The notes beneath the pieces are model-generated. The model was not told where the DNA came from, ran no database searches, and saw nothing but the letters and a program-made list of their open reading frames with translations. The position numbers and the translations under genes were made by a program. A stretch of DNA of 64,000 nucleotides from Eledone cirrhosa (taxonomy: Eukaryota): positions 105,834,001 to 105,898,000 of the forward strand of contig OZ024744.1 of NCBI GenBank assembly GCA_964016885.1, in the 5' to 3' direction. Each line of letters begins with the position of its first letter. Within the stretch, counting starts at the first letter, position 1. Below, one piece after another: positions 47,608 through 59,400 of the stretch.

Positions 47608-49665
47608 TCACTTACCTTGTTCGTGTGGTGAAGGGACAGTAGAACCGTCCCTTTTGCTGGTCATGGGTGTTTCCAAGAGGATGTCAGTGTATATCCTCTT
47701 GGTAACCGACCCTCTGAAGTTTCCAACTGCGTTGGGGAATTTTTGTTTTAAAGGTTTGTACTGTTCTATTGAGATTTCGATGATTCTTCTGTTTGTCGGG
47801 AGAGTTCTTGGTGTTGGTGGAGTGTAGTAGTTTTTTTCTGTGATGTCTGTGTGCTGTTTTATATATTGTATGAGTTCTTTTTTTTTGCCATGTTTATGGC
47901 TGTGTACTTTTGGGGGGGAGGGATGATTTTGTTGCTGTTTGGTGTGTGTGTCTTGTGGTGGTGTGGTTGTTGTTGTCAGTGGTGATGGTGGTGGTGTTGC
48001 TGCAAGTTTCCTTGCTGCCTTTACCCCTCTTTGTATGCCTTCGCTTTTAAGGGGGCTTTTGTTTTTTGTTTTTTTGTGGCAGACCGTTTGCCACTTCACT
48101 CCCGCCCCAAACTCCATGTCGGATTCTGTGGCGTCTGGGAGGGGTATGTGCTCCACGGCTGTTGGTAGTGGTAGTGGAGCCCTCTCCGGCGATTGTTTTG
48201 CTGGTGTAACTACTTCAAATGTAGCTATTGGTGTTGCCGCTACTGATGATGCTGCTTTAGTTGTCCGTGGCCTCGGTACGGGTGCTACGGACGTTGCCCT
48301 CCTACTCACCGTGGAAGGGGCTTCTTCGTTTGTTGCCTGCCCTGCTCTTGATAGCAGAGGACCAGGTATTGGAAGGAAAGGGGCCTTCTTCGCTTTCTTC
48401 TGTGGGCAAAAGGCCCTGAGGTGACCCTTCGACCCACAGAGATAACATTTTGGCCGTCTTCCTTCTACACTTATAGGGATATTGAGTCCTTCCTCGATGT
48501 CTATGATATAGGGGATAGCGTCGATACATTCCTGGTTAGTTTGTATAAGCATTTGCATGCCTATACCTGACCAGTTCTCTCTCCCTATTTTTTCTACTTG
48601 CAGCATGGTCGTCCTGTACTCGATTCCAGCAAGGACAGACGTGGCCAGCCAAGGTATGGGCACATCAGGTGGGATCTGGGTCACTTTGACCCTCACAATT
48701 TTCTGCCCGCAGTAGGAGGGCACCAAGACTATCTCCTCACTCTTTAGGGTTTCCAAAGAGTGAGACTTTGCTTCCTGGGGGGTGGCGAAAAGTACGTCTA
48801 CTGTGGCGTACTTTCTGCCTCGGGTGATGTGGGTTTTGCGTGCCCAGACGCACCCCAAGGCCTTTTGGATTTGAGCCTCCGTGGCTCTCTCCACTCGATG
48901 TGAGATTTTGCTTACGGTGCGGTAAGTCACCGTCCGTAGCTGCTGGTCCTTGAAAAAATTGGGTGGAGGTTTCAGGGAGACTCTATTTGCGCTTCTTGTC
49001 ACCATGGCCCTTGCGACTGCCATCTCCTCCTCTGTGACTAACACTGTCTCGATATTTCGGGCGACACCGGCAAAAGAAGTGGTCCCTTTTTCAGCAGCAC
49101 CACTATTGCTGCCGCTACTGGTCTTACTGGTGGTGCCGAGGTCGCTATTTCAGGTACCGGTGTCATTGTTGTTGTTTTCGTTGGTACAGTTGTTGGTGTT
49201 GTTGTTTTCATTGATACTGTTGCAACTGTTATTGTGGCTGTTGCTATTATTGTTGTTTTTGTTGATACTGTTCCTACTATTATTGTTATTGTTGTGGCTG
49301 TTGTTATTGTCATTGTTATTGTCGTTCTCGACCTTACCGCTGTTATTTTTGTTATTGTCGTTCTCGACTTTACCGCTGTTATTTTTGTTATTGTCGTTCT
49401 CGACTTTACCGCTGTTATTTTTGTTATTGTCGTTCTCGACTTTACCGCTGTTATTTTTGTTGTTGCTGTTATTGATGATGTTGTTGTTGGTGTTGTTTGT
49501 GTTAGAAATATTTGTTAATTTTAAATCTGTAACAATCTTCTTTTCCTTTGTAATATTTTCGTTTATATTTACCTCCGCTGGAACGCTGTCTTGTTGATAT
49601 GTTGATAAAGTCTCCCTCTCTCTGTGTTGTCTGACAGCGCTCTCTCTCTTTCTTGTGTTATCCAT
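47608..49665 (-). pseudogene. LINE ORF1 (gag-like, CCHC zinc knuckle) with one in-frame TGA
   Basis: ORFs 49150..49713 and 47608..49044 are in the same frame, separated only by TGA at 49152-49150; MDNTRKRE start, Asn-rich repeats, SFAGVA, CYLCGSKGHLRAFC. Confidence 0.82.
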
Positions 49666-50074
49666 GTTGAAATTTTTCAAAAAAGTATTTTTACACAAAT
49701 ACGAATACGACACCCCGTAAATGGGTGCCGTATTATTTACGAGTGAACCCCTGTATTAGTAGAGTCACTTCTTCTAAACTTTTATCAAATTTAAAACTTG
49801 AATAAAAGGTTTAGAACGGTTGAAAACGAGGTAAAACGTTGAAAAAAACTGGAAGCGATAAGAAGCGTGGCTTCACCAACAATAATAATAATAATAATAA
49901 TAATAGTAACTTAAAACAGTTTTCTAAAAAAATAATTTAAAACATAATGGAAAAGTATTTTTTTAAATGTCATTTAATTTTAATATAACAAATGAGAAAC
50001 TTTCTTCCTTCTAAAATTTCAAAATAGATAAGAAAAAGAGGAAAAAGTAAGGGGGCAAACTATTGGCTGGGCTT

Positions 50075-50452
50075 CAGATCTGCCCTGTAACTAGACTGTG
50101 ACATCTCAGATGTGCCCTGTGACTAACATCTGAGATGTGCCCCTGTGACTGTGACCTCTGAGATGTGCTCTGTGACTGTAACATATCAGATGTGCCCTGT
50201 GACTGTGCCATCTCAGATGTACCCTGTGACTAGACTGCGACATCTCAGATATGCCCTGTGACTGTGACATCTCAGATGTTCCCTGTGACTGTGACATCTC
50301 AGATGTACCCTGCGACTAGACTGTGATATCTCAGATGTGCCCTGTGACTAACATCTCAAATGTACCCTGTGACTAGACTGACATCTCAGATGTACCCTGT
50401 GACTGTGACATCTCAGATGTACCCTGTGACTAACATCTCAGATGTGCCCTGT
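50075..50452. repeat. ~24-31-bp minisatellite (gtgactgtgacatctcagatgtaccct)
   Basis: Direct reading; each unit contains the near-palindrome acatct(c)agatgt. Confidence 0.9.
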
Positions 50453-50563
50453 GGACTGCAGTCATTCTACAATGCAGGGCTCCTTCCTCATCCATGATAC
50501 CCGTGTCCAAATTTGGCAGAGCAAAATGGCAGTCCATGGATCAAGAACAGCTGAGGTTTCAAT

Positions 50564-53365
50564 GGTGACCAGCACAAAAAGACACTAGAGGTCAGTCAAT
50601 GCCTGGTATATAGTCATCTTCCCACCCCTGTGTGGTAGTCTGGAGACTGAGGACACTCAAGAACTTGAGGGTGACCAGCACAAAAAGACACTAGAGGTCA
50701 GTCAATGCCTGGTATATAGATCTTCCCACCCCTGTGTGGTAGTCTGGAGACTGAGGACACTCAAGAACTTGAGGGTGACCAGCACAAAAAGACACAAGGT
50801 CAGTCAATGCTTGGTATATAGTCATCTTCCCACCCCTGTGTTGTAGTCTGGAGACTGAGGACACTCAAGAACTTGAGGGTGACCAGCACAAAAAGACACT
50901 AGAGGTCAGTCAATGCTTGGTATATAGTCATCTTCCCACCCCTGTGTTGTAGTCTGGAGACTGAGGACACTCAAGAACTTGAGGGTGACCAGCACAAAAA
51001 GACACTAGAGGTCAGTCAATGCCTGGTATATAGTCATCTTCCCACCCCTGTGTGGTAGTCTGGAGACTGAGGACACTCAAGAACTTGAGGGTGACCAGCA
51101 CAAAAAGACACTAGAGGTCAGTCAATGCCTGGTATATAGATCTTCCCACCCCTGTGTGGTAGTCTGGAGACTGAGGACACTCAAGAACTTGAGGGTGACC
51201 AGCACAAAAAGACACAAGGTCAGTCAATGCTTGGTATATAGTCATCTTCCCACCCCTGTGTTGTAGTCTGGAGACTGAGGACACTCAAGAACTTGAGGGT
51301 GACCAGCACAAAAAGACACTAGAGGTCAGTCAATGCTTGGTATATAGTCATCTTCCCACCCCTGTGTTGTAGTCTGGAGACTGAGGACACTCAAGAACTT
51401 GAGGGTGACCAGCACAAAAAGACACTAGAGGTCAGTCAATGCCTGGTATATAGTCATCTTCCCACCCCTGTGTGGTAGTCTGGAGACTGAGGACACTCAA
51501 GAACTTGAGGGTGACCAGCACAAAAAGACACTAGAGGTCAGTCAATGCCTGGTATATAGATCTTCCCACCCCTGTGTGGTAGTCTGGAGACTGAGGACAC
51601 TCAAGAACTTGAGGGTGACCAGCACAAAAAGACACAAGGTCAGTCAATGCCTGGTATATAGTCATCTTCCCACCCCTGTGTTGTAGTCTGGAGACTGAGG
51701 ACACTCAAGAACTTGAGGGTGACCAGCACAAAAAGACACTAGAGGTCAGTCAATGCCTGGTATATAGTCATCTTCCCACCCCTGTGTTGTAGTCTGGAGA
51801 CTGAGGACACTCAAGAACTTGAGGGTGACCAGCACAAAAAGACACTAGAGGTCAGTCAATGCCTGGTATATAGTCATCTTCCCACCCCTGTGTGGTAGTC
51901 TGGAGACTGAGGACACTCAAGAACTTGAGGGTGACCAGCACAAAAAGACACTAGAGGTCAGTCAATGCTTGGTATATAGTCATCTTCCCACCCCTGTGTT
52001 GTAGTCTGGAGACTGAGGACACTCAAGAACTTGAGGGTGACCAGCACAAAAAGACACTAGAGGTCAGTCAATGCCTGGTATATAGTCATCTTCCCACCCC
52101 TGTGTGGTAGTCTGGAGACTGAGGACACTCAAGAACTTGAGGGTGACCAGCACAAAAAGACACTAGAGGTCAGTCAATGCCTGGTATATAGTCATCTTCC
52201 CACCCCTGTGTTGTAGTCTGGAGACTGAGGACACTCAAGAACTTGAGGGTGACCAGCACAAAAAGACACAAGGTCAGTCAATGCCTGGTATATAGTCATC
52301 TTCCCACCCCTGTGTTGTAGTCTGGAGACTGAGGACACTCAAGAACTTGAGGGTGACCAGCACAAAAAGACACTAGAGGTCAGTCAATGCCTGGTATATA
52401 GTCATCTTCCCACCCCTGTGTGGTAGTCTGGAGACTGAGGACACTCAAGAACTTGAGGGTGACCAGCACAAAAAGACACTAGAGGTCAGTCAATGCCTGG
52501 TATATAGTCATCTTCCCACCCCTGTGTGGTAGTCTGGAGACTGAGGACACTCAAGAACTTGAGGGTGACCAGCACAAAAAGACACTAGAGGTCAGTCAAT
52601 GCTTGGTATATAGTCATCTTCCCACCCCTGTGTTGTAGTCTGGAGACTGAGGACACTCAAGAACTTGAGGGTGACCAGCACAAAAAGACACTAGAGGTCA
52701 GTCAATGCCTGGTATATAGATCTTCCCACCCCTGTGTTGTAGTCTGGAGACTGAGGACACTCAAGAACTTGACGGTGACCAGCACAAAAAGACACTAGAG
52801 GTCAGTCAATGCCTGGTATATAGTCATCTTCCCACCCCTGTGTGGTAGTCTGGAGACTGAGGACACTCAAGAACTTGAGGGTGACCAGCACAAAAAGACA
52901 CTAGAGGTCAGTCAATGCCTGGTATATAGTCATCTTCCCACCCCTGTGTGGTAGTCTGGAGACTGAGGACACTCAAGAACTTGAGGGTGACCAGCACAAA
53001 AAGACACTAGAGGTCAGTCAATGCTTGGTATATAGTCATCTTCCCACCCCTGTGTTGTAGTCTGGAGACTGAGGACACTCAAGAACTTGAGGGTGACCAG
53101 CACAAAAAGACACTAGAGGTCAGTCAATGCCTGGTATATAGATCTTCCCACCCCTGTGTTGTAGTCTGGAGACTGAGGACACTCAAGAACTTGACGGTGA
53201 CCAGCACAAAAAGACACTAGAGGTCAGTCAATGCCTGGTATATAGTCATCTTCCCACCCCTGTGTGGTAGTCTGGAGACTGAGGACACTCAAGAACTTGA
53301 CGGTGACCAGCACAAAAAGACACTAGAGGTCAGTCAATGCCTGGTATATAGTCATCTTCCCACTC
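50564..53365. repeat. 106-bp tandem repeat (~26 copies) with 420-bp higher-order period
   Basis: Lines starting at 50581, 51001 and 51421 are identical; 106+104+104+106 = 420. Confidence 0.95.
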
Positions 53366-54024
53366 CTCAATGTTGCAGCTGATGCCACCCAGGTTTGTGA
53401 CGAAAGTGATGGGATTGGCATCAGAGAAAAATTTGCAATAAACATTGCTCTACATGAATGACTTATCCCCATCAAAGACGATTAAATAAAGTACCAGTCA
53501 TGTACTGGGGTTCAACATAATCAACTTCCCCCTTCCACAAATTGCTGACTTTGTGCCTAAATTAGAAACCATTATTATTATGATTATTTTTGGATTTTTT
53601 TTTTGTTTTTACTTGTGAAGATGATAAATAAATTTAAAGAAAGGAAACTTAAATTTGAATTAAAATTCTATAAAAACTAAATCTCTATTCAAGAAAATAT
53701 ACTTAGAAAAAGCAACATTTTATCACTGAATTTCAAATTTAGGTTGGATTGAAAATGTTTTCATTAATCACATTTTTATTTTATGAAAATTTTACACTTT
53801 AAAATTTCAAACTGTAAAAAATTATTTTGCTATGCATGTAGGTATATTTAAAAATAGAGTGATATCTACTATAGACTGTTCAAAATAGACAATTTAAAAA
53901 CAAAGCAATATCTACTATAGACTGTTCAAAATAAACAATTTAAAAATAGAGTGGTATCTACTATAGACTGTTCAAAATAGACAAAATAACATATAAAAGA
54001 AGATAAATAATTTTCAGAGTTTAC

Positions 54025-54076
54025 CATTTTTCAACTGTGATTCATATTCTTCATCTTCATGTTTTATGATTGGTTT
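54025..54076 (-). CDS. TRAPPC11: TRAPPC11 short exon
   Basis: Acceptor gtttctttcttcag, donor gtaaac; KPIIKHEDEEYESQLKN(V) (vertebrate ..LESQVDN|V); phase 0 in, phase 1 out. Confidence 0.85.
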
Positions 54077-54953
54077 CTGAAGAAAGAAACAAAACAACAA
54101 AATTTTACACATAATTCTATGAGAATAGATTTGTTTATAATTTCCAGAATAATAAACATGTTGCTATAAATTTAGTTTTTTTCTAAGATATAATCAGTGT
54201 TTTCTATTGAAGAAGATGAGAGATCTTTTGAGACAGGTATATTTGATTTAATCTGTTTGTGCAGTATATGACTGGTTCTTATTTTCTTGAATCTGAGAGA
54301 ATGAAAAGTAGATTTGTGGCTTTGTGCATATTTTAGAATTTGTTTTTACATTTACTTTAAAATAATTTTATAAATAAATTAAATTAAATGTTATTATACA
54401 CAGAATCATAAGGGAAAAGAAAATAGTCCAATGTTAGTAGGAGTGGTTAATAAAAACAATAAACAAATCAACAAAAGAAAGGAAAGGGAGAGAAAGGGCA
54501 AGGATTGTTAAGCAATGAAAGAAAGGGGGAAGAGGGTGACAGACTCCCGAGTCAAAGTGGTGCTTCAGCTGTGCCCCATGGACAAAATGAATGACAAAGG
54601 CATTTTAGAAATTACTATGTAGATTGGCAGAATTGTTAGAGTGTTGGACAAAATATGAAGCATTAATTCCAGCTCTTTACACCCTGAGTTCAATTCCTGT
54701 GAAAGTCAACTTTGTCTTTCATACTTTCAGGGATTAGTAAAATAAACTATCATGAGATAAGGATAACAATTATAATACCCCACCTAATTTACAAGTCAAG
54801 CCCATTGTAATATAGGTAGGATTAAAATTATGTTTTAAGTATAACTTGGTTATTCTCTCTCCATATATATGTATATTATATATATATATATATATATATA
54901 ATATACATATGTATATTATATATATATATATATATAATATACATATATATATA

Positions 54954-55141
54954 GGGCGGTGGATTGGCAGTATCGGTAGAGGGTCGGACGCCAGGCTTTC
55001 CAGCATAGTTACGTCCCTTTACGATCTGAGTTCAAATCCCGCCGAGGTTGACTTTGCCTTTCATCCTTACGGGGTCGATAGAATAAAGTACCAGTAATGC
55101 ACTGGGTAATTGCTGGCATTGTGCCTAAAGTAGAAACAATT
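54954..55141 (+). mobile_element. Full-length family-B SINE
   Basis: Head, B box, core and tail as at 25267; inserted in (TA)n. Confidence 0.85.
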
Positions 55142-55799
55142 ATATATATATTACATATATATGTATTGTTATGTGTATGATATATAGTATGTTTGTACAT
55201 ACACCCAATGCAAGTCAAATTTCGCCCACCCCCAGGGGGAAAATATACTGGAGTTAATATTCTTGTGTATGTGTGTGTGTGTTTGTATGTATATAAATAT
55301 ATTTACACTCCATCACCACAGATTCTGGCTATTATTATCTTTGTCTAGCATCATTTCTTTTGATTTTAATTCCCAGCAAATTGTTTTTACTAATTGCTTT
55401 GGTTAATTATTATTTTTTTTTTTTTTTTGTTGTTTTTTTGGGGTTTTTTTTTTCAGTTTGTTTCCTTTCCCTAAAGCTTAAGATATGTTCTTTGAAAGCA
55501 AATATTTTTCAAGGACCCCTAAAATACTACTGTGGGCCCCCAATTTAGTATTTTTAGTGAGTGAACCCACAAAATTCTGATATGGAGCCTAGTTGAGAAC
55601 CACTGGTTTAGAAGCTCTGTTATGACTGGACAGTCATTAGGAACAAGGGGGAAAGTTGATTATATCAACCCCAGTATCTAACTGGTACTTTATCTCATTA
55701 ACTCCAGAAGGATGAAAAGCAGCGGGGTTTGAACCCAAAACATAAATACATTTTACCCAAGACTCTACTGATTCTACCAATCCCCCAAGAAAAAGACCG

Positions 55800-55918
55800 T
55801 AATAAAGTAAATGTAAAGTCCTTACTAATAGTAAGTAAATGTAATAAAGTAAATGTAAAGTCCTTACTAATAGTAAGTAAATGTAATAAAGTAAATGTAA
55901 AGTCCTTACTAATAGTAA
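55800..55918. repeat. 42-bp tandem triplication spanning a TRAPPC11 splice donor
   Basis: Unit aataaagtaaatgtaaagtccttactaatagtaagtaaatgt. Confidence 0.9.
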
Positions 55919-56017
55919 TTCACTGGTCTCAATCTCTACAGGCCAGGAAGATGTACAATGTAACTCCTGGATCACAAGGAAATGCTCTCCAGAATATACA
56001 GACTCAATATGTTCAAA
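55910..56017 (-). CDS. TRAPPC11: TRAPPC11 exon (most 5' exon found in this window)
   Basis: Acceptor tttaatatttcag, donor gtaagg; FEHIESVYSGEHFLVIQELHCTSSWPVEIETSELLL (vertebrate FEHLERVYADIPFLL..SPWALTIVSSELQL). Confidence 0.9.
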
Positions 56018-56489
56018 CTGAAATATTAAATAAAATTTATATAAATGCAATTTAAAATTTTATCATTATTTTCAAATACAATTTTAAATTTTATTATTTT
56101 CAAATACAATTTTAAATATTATCACTATTTTCAAATAGATTTTAAAATTTTATCACTATTTTCAAATACAATTTTAAATTTTACCATTATTTTCAAATAC
56201 AATTTTAAATTTTATTATTTTCAAATACAATTTTAAATTTTATCTACGTTTTTAATACAATTAACATTTTTATCTTCGTTTTCTGCCATTGTAGGTTATC
56301 TAGATCAATATATTTTCTATACTGTAAATCTATACAGATCAATACTGCAGATCTATACAGATCAGAAATACATCATCTGTCCACAAGTCTTAAATTTGTG
56401 ATATGCCATCTGTGATATAAATTAGTCCACAATCAGTTTTTCTTAGTCTATCTGATTGTCAAGTCATGAAAAATAAGCTAGAGTAAAGA

Positions 56490-59400
56490 AATGGTATGTT
56501 GTATGTTGTACCACACAGTGGTACCATCTCTTTCTGATGGTATGTTGTATATTTGAGGGACAGTAGCCTCACACAGTGGTACCATCTCTTTCTGATGGTA
56601 TGTTGTATATTTGAGGGACAGTAGCCTCACACAGTGGTACCATCTCTTTCTGATGGTATGTTGTATATTTGAAGAACAGTAGCCTCACACAGTGGTACCA
56701 TCTATTTCTAATGGTATGTTGTATATTTGAAGGACAGTAGCCTCCCCCACAGTGGTACCATCTCTTTCTAATGGTATGTTGTATATTTGAGGGACAGTAG
56801 CCTCCCACAGTGGTACCATCTCTATCTAATGGTATGTTGTATATTTGAGGGACAGTAGCCTCACACAGTGGTACCATCTCTATCTAATGGTATGTTGTAT
56901 ATTTGAAGAACAGTAGCCTCACACAGTGGTACCATCTCTTTCTAATGGTATGTTGTATATTTGAGGGACAGTAGCCTCACACAGTGGTACCATCTCTTTC
57001 TAATGGTATGTTGTATATTTGAGGGACAGTAGCCTCACACAGTGGTACCATCTCTTTCTAATGGTATGTTGTATATTTGAGGGACAGTAGCCTCACAAAG
57101 TGATACCATCTCTTTCTAATGGTATGTTGTATATTTGAGGGACAGTAGCCTCACACAGTGGTACCATCTCTTTCTAATGGTATGTTGTATATTTGAGGGA
57201 CAGTAGCCTCACAAAGTGATACCATCTCTTTCTAATGGTATGTTGTGTATTTGAGGGACAGTAGCCTCCCACAGTGGTACCATCTCTTTCTGATGGTATG
57301 TTGTGTATTTGAGGGACAGTAGCCACACACAGTGGTACCATCTCTTTCTAATGGTATGTTGTGTATTTGAGGGACAGTAGCCTCCCCCACAGTGGTACCA
57401 TCTCTTTCTAATGGTATGTTGTATATTTGAGGGACAGTAGCCTCACACAGTGGTACCATCTCTTTCTAATGGTATGTTGTGTATATGAGGGACAGTAGCC
57501 TCACACAGTGGTACCATCTCTTTCTAATGGTATGTTGTATATTTGAGGGACAGTAGCCTCACACAGTGGTACCATCTCTTTCTAATGGTATGTTGTATAT
57601 TTGAGGGACAGTAGCCTCACAAAGTGATACCATCTCTTTCTAATGGTATGTTGTATATTTGAGGGACAGTAGCCTCACACAGTGGTACCATCTCTTTCTA
57701 ATGGTATGTTGTATATTTGAGGGACAGTAGCCTCACAAAGTGATACCATCTCTTTCTAATGGTATGTTGTGTATTTGAGGGACAGTAGCCACACACAGTG
57801 GTACCATCTCTTTCTAATGGTATGTTGTGTATTTGAGGGACAGTAGCCTCCCCCACAGTGGTACCATCTCTTTCTAATGGTATGTTGTGTATTTGAGGGA
57901 CAGTAGCCTCCCCCACAGTGGTACCATCTCTTTCTAATGGTATGTTGTATATTTGAGGGACAGTAGCCTCACACAGTGGTACCATCTCTTTCTAATGGTA
58001 TGTTGTATATTTGAGGGACAGTAGCCTCCCACACAGTGGTACCATCTCTTTCTAATGGTATGTTGTGTATTTGAGGGACAGTAGCCTCCCCCACAGTGGT
58101 ACCATCTCTTTCTAATGGTATGTTGTATATTTGAGGGACAGTAGCCTCACACAGTGGTACCATCTCTTTCTAATGGTATGTTGTGTATTTGAGGGACAGT
58201 AGCCTCACACAGTGGTACCATCTCTTTCTAATGGTATGTTGTGTATTTGAGGGACAGTAGCCTCACACACAGTGGTACCATCTCTTTCTAATGGTATGTT
58301 GTATATTTGAGGGACAGTAGCCTCATACAGTGGTACCATCTCTTTCTAATGGTATGTTGTGTATTTGAGAGACAGTAGCCTCACACAGTGGTACTATCTC
58401 TTTCTAATGGTATGTTGTGTATTTGAGGGACAGTAGCCTCCCCCACAGTGGTACCATCTCTTTCTAATGGTATGTTGTGTATTTGAGGGACAGTAGCCTC
58501 CCACAGTGGTACCATCTCTTTCTAATGGTATGTTGTGTATTTGAGGGACAGTAGCCTCACACACAGTGGTACCATCTCTTTCTAATGGTATGTTGTATAT
58601 TTGAGGGACAGTAGCCTCCCACACAGTGGTACCATCTCTTTCTAATGGTATGTTGTGTATTTGAGGGACAGTAGCCTCTCACAGTGGTACCATCTCTTTC
58701 TAATGGCATGTTGTGTATTTGAGGGACAGTAGCCTCACACAGTGGTACCATCTCTTTCTAATGGCATGTTGTGTATTTGAGGGACAGTAGCCTCACACAG
58801 TGGTACCATCTCTTTCTAATGGTATGTTGTGTATTTGAGAGACAGTAGCCTACACAGTGGTACCATCTCTTTCTAATGGTATGTTGTGTATTTGAGAGAC
58901 AGTAGCCTCACACAGTGGTACCATCTCTTTCTAATGGTATGTTGTGTATTTGAGAGACAGTAGCCTCCCACAGTGGTACCATCTCTTTCTAATGGTATGT
59001 TGTGTATTTGAGGGACAGTAGCCTCCCACAGTGGTACCATCTCTTTCTAATGGCATGTTGTGTATTTGAGGGACAGTAGCCTCCCACAGTGGTACCATCT
59101 CTTTCTAATGGTATGTTGTGTATTTGAGGGACAGTAGCCTCACACAGTGGTACCATCTCTTTCTAATGGTATGTTGTGTATTTGAGGGACAGTAGCCTCC
59201 CCCACACAGTGGTACCATCTCTTTCTAATGGTATGTTGTGTATTTGAGAGACAGTAGCCTCACACAGTGGTACCATCTCTTTCTAATGGTATGTTGTGTA
59301 TTTGAGGGACAGTAGCCTTACACAGTGGTACCATCTCTTTCTAATGGTATGTTGTATATTTGAGGGACAGTAGCCTCACACAGTGGTACCATCTCTTTCT

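Larger units (their letters stand above)
45505..49880 (-). mobile_element. Tx1/L1-clade LINE with both ends, gag-like ORF1 and internally deleted ORF2
   Basis: ORF1 with CCHC knuckle. RT motifs GKSPGLDGL, NFRPITLLN, LDQSKAFDRVDH, SVRQGCPLS, AYADDV; C-terminal CPRC..ETVMHTLVQC; AATAAA near the 3' end; (TTA)n on both flanks. Confidence 0.92.

Noticed and set aside
56018-56490. Next upstream TRAPPC11 exon
   Set aside because: No matching peptide or donor found; it probably lies beyond the satellite, outside the window.
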